In this document: piece after piece, positions 50,987 to 61,382 of the stretch
Position numbering within the stretch: the first letter of the stretch is position 1
Layout of the letters: each line of letters begins with the position of its first letter
Assembly (NCBI GenBank): GCA_963743085.1
Contig: CAVUOU010000034.1
Span: 3,679 to 67,678, forward strand
Direction: 5' to 3'
Source of the DNA: an uncultured Actinomycetota bacterium
Lineage (GTDB): Bacteria > Actinomycetota > Actinomycetes > Streptosporangiales > Streptosporangiaceae
Length of the DNA stretch: 64,000 nucleotides
The notes under the pieces: generated by a model
The model's database searches: none
Seen by the model: only the letters and a program-made list of their open reading frames with translations
What the model was told of the DNA's origin: nothing
Program-made: the position numbers and the translations under genes

Positions 50987-52027
50987 TTAGGCGCTGAACC
51001 CGTTCATGATTACGGTCGGCTCCAGAGTGGACGAGTTCCAGGCGCCCGAGGTGTAGTCGGTGAACTGGGTGAGCACCTCTGGCTCCCAGTAGAAGATGCC
51101 CTGCCCGCCTGTTGAGTTAAGCGCGCTGATGTAGGCCTCGAGAGCGGACTCGGTGCTCCCCGGCGAGTTGACGGAGCCGCCGAATTCCGTCTGCATGAAC
51201 GGCTTGTCGTAGGCCGCCGCGATCGATTTCATGTTGGCCACGATGCCCGCTGCCTCGCTCGCGCTGCCGTAGGAGGAGAACACCGACATGTCCCACTGGC
51301 CGCCATTTTCCGAATAGGCGCTGAAGAAGTCCTCCAGCGAGGAGTAATCCTGCGGTTGGGCCAGGTGGATGCAGACCGTGGTATCGGAGGACACCTCCTT
51401 GACCATGTCGTAGGCCGCGTTCAGCAGCCCAGTCATCTGGGACGGATAGTTGAGGCCGCCGATTGGCCAGCAGATGCCGGAGTTAATCTCGTTTCCGATC
51501 TGCACCCACTCCGGATAGATGTTGGAGTACTTCAGTGTCTCCATCGAGTCGTAGACGTAGTTGTACATCGCCTGGAGCATCTCGCTGTAGGTCATGTCCG
51601 CCCAGGCCGCCGGGGGATTCTGGACTCCGACGGAGTTCCAGGTGTCACCGAAGTGGAAGTCGATGACCACCGACATTCCGGCGTCTTTGGCGAGCACGGC
51701 CATCTCCGTGGTCTCGGTAATGTCGCAGTTGCCGTTGACCGGGTCGTCGGACGGGTCGACCCAGGTGCGGAGCCGGATCGCGCCGATGCCATAGCCAGCC
51801 AGGATGGTGAACAGGTCCTCCGTGGTGCCGGAGGCGTTCTTCCACGTGTAACCCTCCGCCATCATCTGCTGCGCCCAGCTAATGTCACAGCCCTTGATGA
51901 ACGTCGAGGCCTCGGCCCGCTGCGCGGACACGAGCCCTTTGGACGCGAGCCCTCCGAGCGCGAGAGCCGAGGCTCCCGCGGCGCTCGCCTGAAGGAATGA
52001 TCGCCTGCTCAATCGCGGCTGGTTCAT
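50987..52027 (-). CDS. secreted GH53 endo-beta-1,4-galactanase
   Basis: Tat signal RRSFLQASAAGASALA. IKGCDISW, GAIRLRTW and GNEINSG motifs. Confidence 0.75.
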   Translation of the reverse strand: MNQPRLSRRSFLQASAAGASALALGGLASKGLVSAQRAEASTFIKGCDISWAQQMMAEGYTWKNASGTTEDLFTILAGYGIGAIRLRTWVDPSDDPVNGNCDITETTEMAVLAKDAGMSVVIDFHFGDTWNSVGVQNPPAAWADMTYSEMLQAMYNYVYDSMETLKYSNIYPEWVQIGNEINSGICWPIGGLNYPSQMTGLLNAAYDMVKEVSSDTTVCIHLAQPQDYSSLEDFFSAYSENGGQWDMSVFSSYGSASEAAGIVANMKSIAAAYDKPFMQTEFGGSVNSPGSTESALEAYISALNSTGGQGIFYWEPEVLTQFTDYTSGAWNSSTLEPTVIMNGFSA

Positions 52028-52235
52028 GCCGCGCACCTCCTTGTGTGAGCGCTCCCACATGTACGTTAAACGCGCTACAGCCCGGAAGCAATCATTTCCC
52101 CAAGCAACTACACAAGATCAAGCTCAAGGACCCAGGCCGAATGAAAGCCAGCTGAAACGCGCGGCGGCGCGCGTCTCCATCTCGTCACCACATCGGTTTC
52201 ACCTGGATGGCACGAGCGCTTGGTGCACTGGCGGC

Positions 52236-52649
52236 ATGAACGCAGATGAAGTCATCAACCGGCACGGACCCCTCGACCGCCCGCGATGGCGAGCGGTGCT
52301 GGAAACCCGCTGGCTAGCGCGGCTGCGGGAGGTCACGGAGCTCTCGCTGGCCTACCACCACGCGGCGGCCGAGACCCCCGTCGGATTCCATCTTGGGCCC
52401 GACCAACTCCAGACCCAGCGGGTGCTTGACCGCGCCGTCGCGGCCCGGCGAGGGCTGGCGGACGTCGAGGAGGCGCTCGGGCGGCTGTCGGCGGGGACCT
52501 TCGGGCGCTGTGAACAGTGCGGCTCGCAGATCGACCCGAGAATTCTGGAAGCGCTCCCAGAAACAAGGTACTGCGCGAGCTGTGCCGGCGTGCCCAGCGC
52601 GTCTGGCATGGCCGCTGTGCCGGCTCCGCGCCCGGCGGTCACGGGGTGA
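52236..52649 (+). CDS. DksA/TraR-family C4 zinc-finger protein
   Basis: CEQCGSQIDPRILEALPETRYCASCAG motif. Confidence 0.5.
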   Translation: MNADEVINRHGPLDRPRWRAVLETRWLARLREVTELSLAYHHAAAETPVGFHLGPDQLQTQRVLDRAVAARRGLADVEEALGRLSAGTFGRCEQCGSQIDPRILEALPETRYCASCAGVPSASGMAAVPAPRPAVTG

Positions 52650-52677
52650 CGCTGTAGGCCTGCTCCCAGCTCCGCGG

Positions 52678-54066
52678 TCACGTCGCGATAGGAAGGGTCA
52701 GCGTGAAGCGGGCCCCGTGGCCGGGATTGCTGCTGACGGTGAGCTCGCCGCCGTGCGCGCGGGCCAGTTCGGCTGCGATCGCGAGGCCGATTCCGCTCCC
52801 GGAGGTGCTCGCCGCCGCTGGCCCGCGCCAGAACCGGTCGAAGACACGGGGCAGGTCTTCGGCGGGGATGCCGATACCCGTGTCGCTGACCTCCAGCACG
52901 GCGCTGTCACCGTCCCGCCGGGTAAGGACAGTGACGTTGCCTCCAGGGGGCGTGAACTTGAGCGAGTTGGTCAGCAGGTTGGTGACGATCTGGTGCAGCC
53001 AGTGTTCGTCGGCGAGCACCGGAACGCTGGCGAAATGCCGGTCCACGGCCACTCCCGCCGCTTCGAAATTCCTGGCCAGGCTCTCGGTCGCGGTCGCCGC
53101 CAGACTCCCGAGGTCAAGCCGCAGCGGGGACAAGTGCAGGGCCGCGGCGTCGGCGGCCGCCAGCGTCTGCAGGTCGCCGACCATCCGGGCTAGCCGGAGT
53201 ACCTCGTCGCGTAGCGAGGAGAGCTCCTCCGGGGTGGGCTCGGCGACCCCGTTGAGCAAGGCTTCGTGTCCCGCTTGGAGCACCGCGATCGGCGTGCGCA
53301 GCTCATGAGCGACGCTGGCCACCAGGTCACGCCGGATCTGGTCCTCCCGGTCGAGCGACTCCGCCATCTGATCGAAGGCGACGGCGAGCTCCCGCAATTC
53401 CCCGGGCGCACTGACGTCGCCTGCCCGCGACGCGTGATCGCCGGCGGTCATGGCACGGGTAACCGCGATCAGCCGGGTGATCGGGCGAGTGAGCCGTTGC
53501 GCGATGAACAGGCCGGTCACCAGAGCCAGCAACGCCGCCAGGCCAGCCGCACCGGCGATGGCCCGCAGCAGCCCGTTCCGCAGCACGTTGTCGGCCGCGC
53601 TGAGCCCGGAGCCGGTGAAGCGGACCGCGACCCCGCCGCGTCGCTGATCCCGGACCACGACGTCAGCAGTGGACTGCTCTCCTGATCGTGCCGCGAAACC
53701 GGACGACGCGACCACCGACTGTCCAGTGGCATCAGTGACCTGGATGGCCAGCCCGCTGCGGGCGGCCAGGTCGAGAACGGGCGTGAGATCGGCGGATGTC
53801 CAGCTATCGTGGGCGTCCCAAGCCGCTCCCGCGGCCACCGAGACCGCCGTGGTCAGTTCCGAGCGCTGCTGGTTCGCCAGCGACGAGACATCTCTGGCGG
53901 TGAAGGCCGAGGCGAGGCCGGCCAGCAGTGCCACCGCGGCCAGCGCGACGGCCACGAACGCCAGTGTGAGCCGCAGCGCCAGCGTGCCGCCTCGCCGCAC
54001 CGCCGGTGCCGGTGCCGGTGCCGGTGCGGATGCGGATACCGATGCCGATGGCGGTGTGTCAGCCAT
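52678..54066 (-). CDS. sensor histidine kinase (HAMP-HisKA-HATPase)
   Basis: ASVAHELRTPIAV H-box. GSGIGLAIAAELARAHGG G-boxes. 2 TMS. Confidence 0.8.
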   Translation of the reverse strand: MADTPPSASVSASAPAPAPAPAVRRGGTLALRLTLAFVAVALAAVALLAGLASAFTARDVSSLANQQRSELTTAVSVAAGAAWDAHDSWTSADLTPVLDLAARSGLAIQVTDATGQSVVASSGFAARSGEQSTADVVVRDQRRGGVAVRFTGSGLSAADNVLRNGLLRAIAGAAGLAALLALVTGLFIAQRLTRPITRLIAVTRAMTAGDHASRAGDVSAPGELRELAVAFDQMAESLDREDQIRRDLVASVAHELRTPIAVLQAGHEALLNGVAEPTPEELSSLRDEVLRLARMVGDLQTLAAADAAALHLSPLRLDLGSLAATATESLARNFEAAGVAVDRHFASVPVLADEHWLHQIVTNLLTNSLKFTPPGGNVTVLTRRDGDSAVLEVSDTGIGIPAEDLPRVFDRFWRGPAAASTSGSGIGLAIAAELARAHGGELTVSSNPGHGARFTLTLPIAT

Positions 54067-54751
54067 CGCGGGTCAGCCCCAGTCGGTAACCGCCGCCCAG
54101 AACGGTCTGGACAATGCGCGGATCACCCGGATCCTCCTCGATCTTGCGCCGGAGGTTCTTCACATGGGAGTCAACCGTGCGCTCGTACCCTTCGAACTCG
54201 TAGCCGCGCACCCGGTTGATCAGCTCGAATCTGGAGTACACCCGGCCGGGGACGGTGGCCAGCGCCACGAGCACACCCCACTCGGTGGGGGTGAGCGCGG
54301 GCTGTGCGCCGCGGACCGTCACGGTGCGGCGCTGCTCGTCGATCAGCAGTTCGCCCCCGCCATAGCTGGCGACCTCCTGACCGGTGGCCGGAACTCCGCG
54401 CCGTAGGATTGCCTGCACTCTCAGCACCAGTTCCCGCGGGCTGAACGGCTTCGTCACGTAGTCATCGGCGCCGAGCTCCAGGCCGCGGATCCGGTCTTCC
54501 TCCGTGCTTTTCGCGGTCAGCATCAGGATCGGCGTCGCGCGGACCCCGCGGATCTCGCCCGCGACCGTCTCACCCGGCACGTCGGGCAGGCCCAGGTCAA
54601 GGATGACCAGATCCGGGTGAGCCTCGAGAGCCATGGTGATCGCCTCCGCGCCGGAGCCGGTCGTCAGCACCGTGAATCCGGCTCGTTCCAGGTAGGAGCG
54701 GATGAGATCGCGGAGCTTCCGCTCGTCCTCGACCACCAGCACCGTCGCGGC
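54059..54751 (-). CDS. OmpR-family response regulator
   Basis: VLVVEDE...LDLGLPD receiver domain plus a winged-helix C-terminus. Overlaps the kinase gene. Confidence 0.8.
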   Translation of the reverse strand, partial: AATVLVVEDERKLRDLIRSYLERAGFTVLTTGSGAEAITMALEAHPDLVILDLGLPDVPGETVAGEIRGVRATPILMLTAKSTEEDRIRGLELGADDYVTKPFSPRELVLRVQAILRRGVPATGQEVASYGGGELLIDEQRRTVTVRGAQPALTPTEWGVLVALATVPGRVYSRFELINRVRGYEFEGYERTVDSHVKNLRRKIEEDPGDPRIVQTVLGGGYRLGLTRDG

Positions 54752-54861
54752 CATCGCCTCGCACTCCCTCCACACCGTCACCATGGCACCTTCACCCAGC
54801 AGGCACGCTCACCAGGTGAGCTGATACCAACAGCATCGGCAGAGTAGTACAGGACAGCGAC

Positions 54862-54963
54862 GATGATTGGAAGCGATCTGATCGTGGCGGCGCCATGGCT
54901 CATTTTCGGCGTCGCGCTCACCGTCCTCTGCGTCAGGCTGTTCCGCGGCTCCGGGCACCGGTG
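54862..54963 (+). CDS. possible 33-aa single-TMS peptide MIGSDLIVAAPWLIFGVALTVLCVRLFRGSGHR
   Basis: ATG-initiated small ORF in the intergenic region. Below the ORF-track size cutoff. Speculative. Confidence 0.2.
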
Positions 54964-55030
54964 AGCGGGGCCGCTGACGGGGAGCGTCTCCACACCATCT
55001 CCACTCATTGCCCGTCGTCCGTCCACATCG

Positions 55031-55552
55031 GTGGCCGAACCTACAGTCATGCAGAACACACCGCTTCTCGATCCGATCAGCGCCGCCTGGAACACGGTCG
55101 GGCGCTTCGATGACTACGAGTCCGCGCAGCGCGCGGTCGACAGGCTCTCCGACGACGGATTCCCAGTGGCCAAGCTGGACATCGTCGGCAGCGACGTAAG
55201 GCTGGTCGAGCGGGTCACCGGTCGGCTGACCACCGGGCGGGCCGCCAGCGCCGGGGCGCTCAGCGGGCTGTGGGCCGGGCTACTGATCGGCGCGCTGCTC
55301 GCGCTGTTCACGACCGGGCACGCCTGGCTCGCCGTCATCGCCGTCGCCGCCGCCCTCGGTGCCGTGTGGGGCGGCGTCTTTGGATTCGTCGCGCACTCGG
55401 CGACCCGTGGCCAGCGCGACTTCAGCTCCGTGCGGGCGCTGGCCGCGCGTCATTACGACCTCATCGCCCGGGAGGGCACGGTCGACCAGGCCCGGACTAT
55501 GCTCCGCGACGCCGGTCTGCTGCCCGAAACTGAGGCACAAACGGTCGGGTGA
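55031..55552 (+). CDS. YflT/DUF1269-like general-stress membrane protein
   Basis: VGRFDDYESAQRAVDRLSDDGFPVAKLDIVGSD N-domain plus Gly/Ala-rich TM helices. Confidence 0.45.
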   Translation: MAEPTVMQNTPLLDPISAAWNTVGRFDDYESAQRAVDRLSDDGFPVAKLDIVGSDVRLVERVTGRLTTGRAASAGALSGLWAGLLIGALLALFTTGHAWLAVIAVAAALGAVWGGVFGFVAHSATRGQRDFSSVRALAARHYDLIAREGTVDQARTMLRDAGLLPETEAQTVG

Positions 55553-56054
55553 CCGCCGCCCGCCGCGCGGTTCCTCCGGTAATCGTGTTCTGCGGGCCAG
55601 GTGAAATAACGCGAAGCCTATTTGTACCTGGGGGTGCAAAAATCCTCCGTGTTATTCTGAGCCGAGGTAGCTGCCGCCCGATATGCCGGGCGTTCCAGTC
55701 GCAGCATCCCCGCTGACCGCGAGTACTGGCATGCGGGCCCGCGTATGTTGGGGTTTGTTGGTGTTTGCGGCGTGTGGGAGACGCGTGGATTGAACACATG
55801 GCGACCTGGACGGCTACGAGCCGAGGAGCATATACCTGCAAACCGGACGACTGGCTACCGCCACGATGCGCCGACCGACACGCGGCGACGCGCCGACCGA
55901 CACGCCGGCTCACGCGCCGACCAGCGCGCTGCGGCGCGCCGACCGACACGCCGGCCCACGACGCCGGCCCACGCGCCGACCCCGGCGTCGCCTAAGCACC
56001 CAAAAGCCGTAACGGTACCGATTGAACCCTTGAGCCGGCGGGTAACCCGCATCC

Positions 56055-56342
56055 ATGACGGAGGATCAGGAGTTTCACCGAGACCGCCGGTACCACGGCG
56101 GCGCGCCGCAGCGGCTGGATGACGACAAGCTCGCCGAACTGACCGAAGAAGAGCGTGTCGACGCCGGACTGGACGCTTACGACCCGGACGAGGTGCCCCC
56201 GGCGACCGACCCGTTGCCCGAGGGAGTGCCCGCGCCGAAGCCCGATATCCGCGACACGCCCGAATACCGCGAGGAACTGCGGGAAGCCGCGGCGGAGCAA
56301 CCCGATGACGAGGGTTTCCCGCCGACCCGATACGACAAGTGA
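56055..56342 (+). CDS. acidic hypothetical protein
   Basis: 95 aa, strongly Asp/Glu/Pro-rich, coding-like. Confidence 0.4.
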   Translation: MTEDQEFHRDRRYHGGAPQRLDDDKLAELTEEERVDAGLDAYDPDEVPPATDPLPEGVPAPKPDIRDTPEYREELREAAAEQPDDEGFPPTRYDK

Positions 56343-56389
56343 CCCACCCCACTACTACAGGACGTAGTAGGTAGAGCTAGGCTGGCCTC

Positions 56390-57730
56390 ATGGGGGTTAA
56401 CCAGCAGTACCTCTATCAGGCGCGACAGATGCAGGCGCTGTCGCTGTCGGTGCATATCCCGCTTGTCTGTTTCGGCATCGCGTTCCCGGTTCTCGTGCTG
56501 TTCGCCGAATGGCGGTACCTGCGAACCGGGGACGCGCTCTACCGGACGATCGCCCGCCGGTGGAGCAGGATCATGCTCGCGCTGTTCGCCGTCGGCGTGG
56601 TCACCGGCACCATCTTGTCCTTCGAGCTTGGGCTGCTGTGGCCGGTGTGGATGCAGGATTTCGGGAACGTGTTCGGCCTCGGCTTCACGCTCGAAGGCTT
56701 CTCGTTCTTCCTCGAGGCCATCTTCATGGGCATCTACGCCTACGGCTGGGACCGGCTCAAGCCACGGACTCACTGGATCTCCGGGTTCCCGATCGCGTTC
56801 GCCGGCGTCGCCGGTTCGTTCTTCGTCATCAGCGTCAACGCGTGGATGAACCACCCGTCCGGTTTCACGCTGCAGGATGGCCGAGCCGTCGACGTGCATC
56901 CGTGGAAAGCGCTGTTCGCCAACCCGATGTTCTACTCCGAGTACATCCACATGTACTTCGCGGCCTTCATCGTCTGCGGATTCTGCATGGCGGCGGTGTA
57001 CGCCTGGTGCCGGCTCGGGGCCGGTTCGGCCGTTACGAAAAGACCGCGCTGTCCATCTCGGCGACCGCCGCCGCGGTGGCCTCGCCGCTGCAGGTCATCA
57101 TCGGTGACTGGGCGGCACGTGACGTCGCCCAGTACCAGCCGGTCAAGCTGGCCGCGATAGAGGGCCTCGCCACCACGACGAAAGGCGCCGCCGAGCACAT
57201 CCTGGGCTGGTACAACGGCCACGCGGTGGTGTGGGGCATCGAGATACCGAGGCTGCTGTCCATCCTCGCCTTCCATAACCCGAACGCGGTGGTCAAGGGC
57301 CTGAACATCGTGCCGCTCTCCGAACAGCCGCCGATCAACGTGGTCCGCTTCGCGTTCCAGACCATGGTCGGTCTCGGCACGCTGTTCGCGATCATCGGGC
57401 TGTTCTGGCTCTACATGGCGATCCGCAAGAAGGACTTTCCGCGCTGGGCGTGCTGGGCGATACTCGCGGCCGGCCCGCTGTCGGTCGTCGCGCTCATCTC
57501 GGGCTGGATCACCACCGAGGTCGGCCGCCAGCCGTGGATCGTCTACGACGTGATGAAGGTCGACGCGGCGGTCACCGGGGCCAAGGACATCCCCATCGGG
57601 TACGGCGCGCTGTCCGTCGCGTACCTGATCCTGGCCGTCATCGTGGTGGTGATCCTGCGCCGGCTGGCCCGGATCCCGCTGGAGACCCGGGAGCAGAGCG
57701 ATGCTGGCTTACGTACCCGCCGGCCTGATC
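56390..57730 (+). CDS. cydA: cytochrome bd ubiquinol oxidase subunit I with an apparent frameshift near 57005-57020 and no in-frame stop before cydB
   Basis: CydA homology runs in frame 2 to ..MAAVYAW, then continues in frame 1 from GRFGRYEKTALSISA to ..GWITTEVGRQPWIVYDV..ILRRLARIPLE. Confidence 0.7.
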
Positions 57731-58888
57731 CTGGCCGGGATGGCCGCCTACACCGTGCTGGCCGGCGCGGACTTCGGCGCCGGGCTATGGACGCTGCTCG
57801 CCCGGCCGGGCCGCGCGCCAGCAGAAGACACCCGCGACCACGCACGGCACGCGATGGGCCCGGTGTGGGAGGCCAACCACGTCTGGCTGATCTTCGTGCT
57901 CGTGGTGTGCTGGACGGCCTACCCGGTGGCGTTCGGCTCGATCATGTCGACGCTGGCCGCGCCGATGCTGATCGCCGCGATCGGCATCATCTTCCGCGGC
58001 TCGTCCTACGCGCTGCGCGGCCTCACGTCCGGCAACTCCAGCCGAGTAGAGCTGCTGTTCGCGTTGTCCTCGATCCTGACCCCGTTCGCGCTCGGCACCG
58101 TCATCGGGGCCATCGCGCTCGGCCGGGTCCCAGTAGGCAACGCCAAGGGCGATCCGGTCGGTTCCTGGCTCGCGCCGGGGCCGGTGCTGATCGGGGTGCT
58201 CGCCGTCGCGTTCTCCGGGTACCTGGCGGCGGTTTACCTCGCCGCCGACGCGATCCGCCTCGGCGAACGGACCCTCGCAAAAGACTTCCGGGATCGCGCG
58301 CTGATCAGCGGGGTGGTGGCCGGCGGGCTCGCGATCGCGGGCCTGATCGAGCTCCGGTCGCTGCCACTGACCCACGGGCTGGCGCTCGTCATGGTGATCG
58401 TGAGCGGCTGCGGGGGACTGGCGACCGTCGTTTTGGTATGGATATGGCGGTTTGAGGCGGCGCGGCTGACCGCGGCGCTAGCCGTGGCGGCGGTGGTGAT
58501 CGGCTGGGCCGCGGCGCAGGCGCCCAGGTTCCTGCCCGGGATGACCGTGACCCAGGCGGCGGCGGGCCGGTCGACGCTGATCGCGCTGCTGATCGGGGTG
58601 GCCGTGGGGCTGGCCGTCCTGATCCCGTCGCTGATCCTGCTGTTCACCCTGTTCCTGCGGGGCAAGCTGGCCGAGCCGGAGATCAGCCTCCAAACGTCCG
58701 TAGAATCTGCTGCTCCGGCGCCAGATTCTACGGACGTTCGCCATGCGTTCCGGGGGGCACTGGCCGTCGCGACGCTGGCGGCCGGCGCGGTGCTGGTGGT
58801 GTTCGCTGGATCGGTCTGGCTGCAGGTCTTTGGGGTGGCCTGCCTGGTGGTATGCGCCGTGTCCGCGTTCGGCGTCGCGGTGGAATAA
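57701..58888 (+). CDS. cydB: cytochrome bd ubiquinol oxidase subunit II
   Basis: MLAYVPAGLILAGMAAYTVLAGADFGAGLW CydB N-terminus. Polytopic. Confidence 0.75.
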   Translation: MLAYVPAGLILAGMAAYTVLAGADFGAGLWTLLARPGRAPAEDTRDHARHAMGPVWEANHVWLIFVLVVCWTAYPVAFGSIMSTLAAPMLIAAIGIIFRGSSYALRGLTSGNSSRVELLFALSSILTPFALGTVIGAIALGRVPVGNAKGDPVGSWLAPGPVLIGVLAVAFSGYLAAVYLAADAIRLGERTLAKDFRDRALISGVVAGGLAIAGLIELRSLPLTHGLALVMVIVSGCGGLATVVLVWIWRFEAARLTAALAVAAVVIGWAAAQAPRFLPGMTVTQAAAGRSTLIALLIGVAVGLAVLIPSLILLFTLFLRGKLAEPEISLQTSVESAAPAPDSTDVRHAFRGALAVATLAAGAVLVVFAGSVWLQVFGVACLVVCAVSAFGVAVE

Positions 58889-58926
58889 CCGCCCCCGGCA
58901 TCTCGTTTTTAAAGACGCGAAACAAC

Positions 58927-60063
58927 ATGACACGTCAACTAATTGCCGGGAGCACCCACATGCAGTTCGGTATTTTCACGGTCGGGGATGTCACCGAGGA
59001 CCCCACAACGGGCCGGACGCCGACCGAGCATGAGCGCATCAAGGCCATGATCGCCATCGCGGAGAAGGCGGAACAGGTTGGGCTCGACGTCTTCGCGACC
59101 GGTGAGCACCACAACCCGCCGTTCGTGCCGTCCTCGCCGACCACCATGCTCGGCTACATCGCCGCCAAGACGGACAAGCTGATCCTGTCCACCGCCACCA
59201 CGCTGATCACCACGAACGACCCGGTGAAGATCGCCGAGGACTTCGCGATGCTGCAGCACATCTCGGACGGCCGGGTGGACCTGATGCTCGGCCGTGGCAA
59301 CACCGCCCCGGTGTACCCCTGGTTCGGCAAGGACATCCGGGACGGCATCGACCTGGCCATCGAGAACTACCAGTTGCTGTACCAGCTGTGGCACGAAGAC
59401 GTCGTTGACTGGGAAGGCAAGTTCCGGACGCCGTTGCAGGGCTTCACCTCCACGCCGCGTCCGCTGGACGGTGTGCCGCCGTTCGTCTGGCACGGCTCGA
59501 TCAGGTCCCCGCAGATCGCCGAGCAGGCCGCGTACTACGGCGACGGCTTTTTCGCCAACCACATCTTCTGGCCCACCGACCACTTCCAGCGGCTGATCGC
59601 CTTTTACCGGCAGCGTTTCGAGCACTACGGGCACGGCACCGCCGATCAGGCGATCGTCGGCCTCGGCGGACAGGTGTTCATGCGGAAGAACTCCCAGGAC
59701 GCGGTCAGCGAGTTCCGCCCGTACTTCGACAACGCGCCGGTCTACGGGCACGGGCCGAGCCTGGAGGAGTACACGTCGACGACCCCGCTGACCGTCGGCA
59801 GCCCGGAGCAGGTGATCGAGAAGACACTGACCTTCCGCGATCACTTCGGCGACTACCAGCGCCAGCTGTTCCTGATGGACCACTCAGGCCTGCCGCTGAA
59901 GACCGTGCTCGAGCAGATCGACATGCTGGGCGAGGTCGTCCCGGTGCTGCGCCGCGAGATGGACGCCAACCGTCCGGCGCACGTCCCGGACGCGCCCACT
60001 CACGCATCGCTGCTCGCCGCGCGGGGCACGCGGGAGACGCGGGAGACGCAGGTGACAGCATGA
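58927..60063 (+). CDS. LLM-class (luciferase-like) flavin-dependent oxidoreductase
   Basis: MQFGIFTVGDV...ATGEHHNPPF...LSTATTLITTNDPVKIAEDFAMLQHISDGRVDL pattern. Confidence 0.75.
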   Translation: MTRQLIAGSTHMQFGIFTVGDVTEDPTTGRTPTEHERIKAMIAIAEKAEQVGLDVFATGEHHNPPFVPSSPTTMLGYIAAKTDKLILSTATTLITTNDPVKIAEDFAMLQHISDGRVDLMLGRGNTAPVYPWFGKDIRDGIDLAIENYQLLYQLWHEDVVDWEGKFRTPLQGFTSTPRPLDGVPPFVWHGSIRSPQIAEQAAYYGDGFFANHIFWPTDHFQRLIAFYRQRFEHYGHGTADQAIVGLGGQVFMRKNSQDAVSEFRPYFDNAPVYGHGPSLEEYTSTTPLTVGSPEQVIEKTLTFRDHFGDYQRQLFLMDHSGLPLKTVLEQIDMLGEVVPVLRREMDANRPAHVPDAPTHASLLAARGTRETRETQVTA

Positions 60064-60611
60064 TCACCGCCGTCAGCGCCGGGCTGGGGTCCCCCTCCGC
60101 CTCGACCCTCCTCGCCACCCGCCTGTCCCAGGCGACCAAACAAGACTTCCAGGTCATCGAGCTCCGCGACCACGCGAAAGACATCACGAACGCCCTGCTC
60201 ACCGGCGTCCCCTCAGCCTCGCTGACGAAGGTCATCGAGCAGGTGACGACGGCGGACGGGCTGATCGCGGTGACGCCGGTGTTCAACGCGTCCTACAGCG
60301 GGCTGTTCAAGATGTTCTTCGACATCCTGGACCCGGACGCGCTGACCGGCAAACCCGTGCTGGTCGGCGCGGCGGGCAACTCGCCCCGGCACTCGCTGGT
60401 CATCGAGCACGAGATAAAGCCGATGTTCGGCTATCTGCGAGCGCTGCTGGTCCCGACCGGCGTCTACGCAACCGGTACCGATCCCGAGCTGGCCAGCCGG
60501 ATCGACCGGGCCGGAGCAGAACTGGCCGCTCTAGTACAACGGAACCCAGTCTCGGAACCCAAGGACCCGTACGCGAGCTTCACCCCGATCGGGGAACTGC
60601 TCAGCCGGTAG
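60060..60611 (+). CDS. NAD(P)H-dependent FMN reductase (LLM partner)
   Basis: GLIAVTPVFNASYSGLFKMFFD motif. 4-nt overlap with the LLM gene. Confidence 0.7.
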   Translation: MITAVSAGLGSPSASTLLATRLSQATKQDFQVIELRDHAKDITNALLTGVPSASLTKVIEQVTTADGLIAVTPVFNASYSGLFKMFFDILDPDALTGKPVLVGAAGNSPRHSLVIEHEIKPMFGYLRALLVPTGVYATGTDPELASRIDRAGAELAALVQRNPVSEPKDPYASFTPIGELLSR

Positions 60612-60972
60612 TCCGGCCGATAATCCGGCACGGCACCGGGGTCTTCTCGTTGAGGTGATAGCTCGCGCAGACCCGGTGATAGCCGTCCGCGATCCACAGC
60701 GGGGCGCCGTAGACCAGCAACACGGGCGACAGCTTCGTGCCGGACCTGACCTTTTCCAGATCGGTGGCGACCTCGGAGTCGTCCGGGGACAGCAAGGGCA
60801 GCCCCGCCGCGCGCAGAATATCCTTGGCCGCGTAATTCTGGAGCGCTGGCCCCTTGCGCAGGGATTTGGCCATTTTGGCCGCGGCGTCCGGGCCGACCAG
60901 CAGCGACAGATAGGAATTCGCGGCGGGAAAGTCCTGATCCTCCGGCTCATCTTTCCAGTGCTCGTTAGCCAT
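60601..60972 (-). CDS. hypothetical protein, possibly ParB/Srx-like nuclease fold (LWIADGYHRVCA)
   Basis: The family call is weak. The ORF is coding-like. Confidence 0.3.
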   Translation of the reverse strand: MANEHWKDEPEDQDFPAANSYLSLLVGPDAAAKMAKSLRKGPALQNYAAKDILRAAGLPLLSPDDSEVATDLEKVRSGTKLSPVLLVYGAPLWIADGYHRVCASYHLNEKTPVPCRIIGRTTG

Positions 60973-61016
60973 AGGTTCTCACGCTCCTGATATCGGTTAA
61001 GCGCTACGGTATCGTT

Positions 61017-61382
61017 ATGGCCGATAACCCGGCGTTCCGTGCCAACGGCGTCACGTACCTGCGCATCCCGGCCCCCGATCCGCGGCAGGCCGCGGTCTTC
61101 TACCACGTGGTCTTCGACTGGACGGTGGACACCAGCCGCGCGGACCCCTCATTCTCCGACAGCACCGGGCACGTGATCGGCCATTTCGTGTCCGATCTGC
61201 TGGTAGTCGGCGAGGCCGGCGTGCTGCCCTACGTCTACGTGGACAGCGTCCCCGACACCCTGGCGAGGGTGACGGCCAGCGGCGGAGAGGTAGTCCGCCA
61301 GCCCTACAACGAAGGCGACCTGATCGTCGCGACCTTCAGAGACCCCCCAGGCAACGTAATCGGCCTCTGGCAGCACGCCTGA
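61017..61382 (+). CDS. VOC/glyoxalase-family protein
   Basis: 121 aa with a glyoxalase-like beta-alpha-beta-beta-beta pattern and a ..DPPGNVIGLWQ C-terminus. Confidence 0.6.
   Translation: MADNPAFRANGVTYLRIPAPDPRQAAVFYHVVFDWTVDTSRADPSFSDSTGHVIGHFVSDLLVVGEAGVLPYVYVDSVPDTLARVTASGGEVVRQPYNEGDLIVATFRDPPGNVIGLWQHA

Noticed and set aside
56509-58455. 648-aa plus-strand ORF spanning cydA and cydB
   Set aside because: Only its central part (cydA second half) is real. The N- and C-terminal parts are out-of-frame junk, Arg/Pro-rich.
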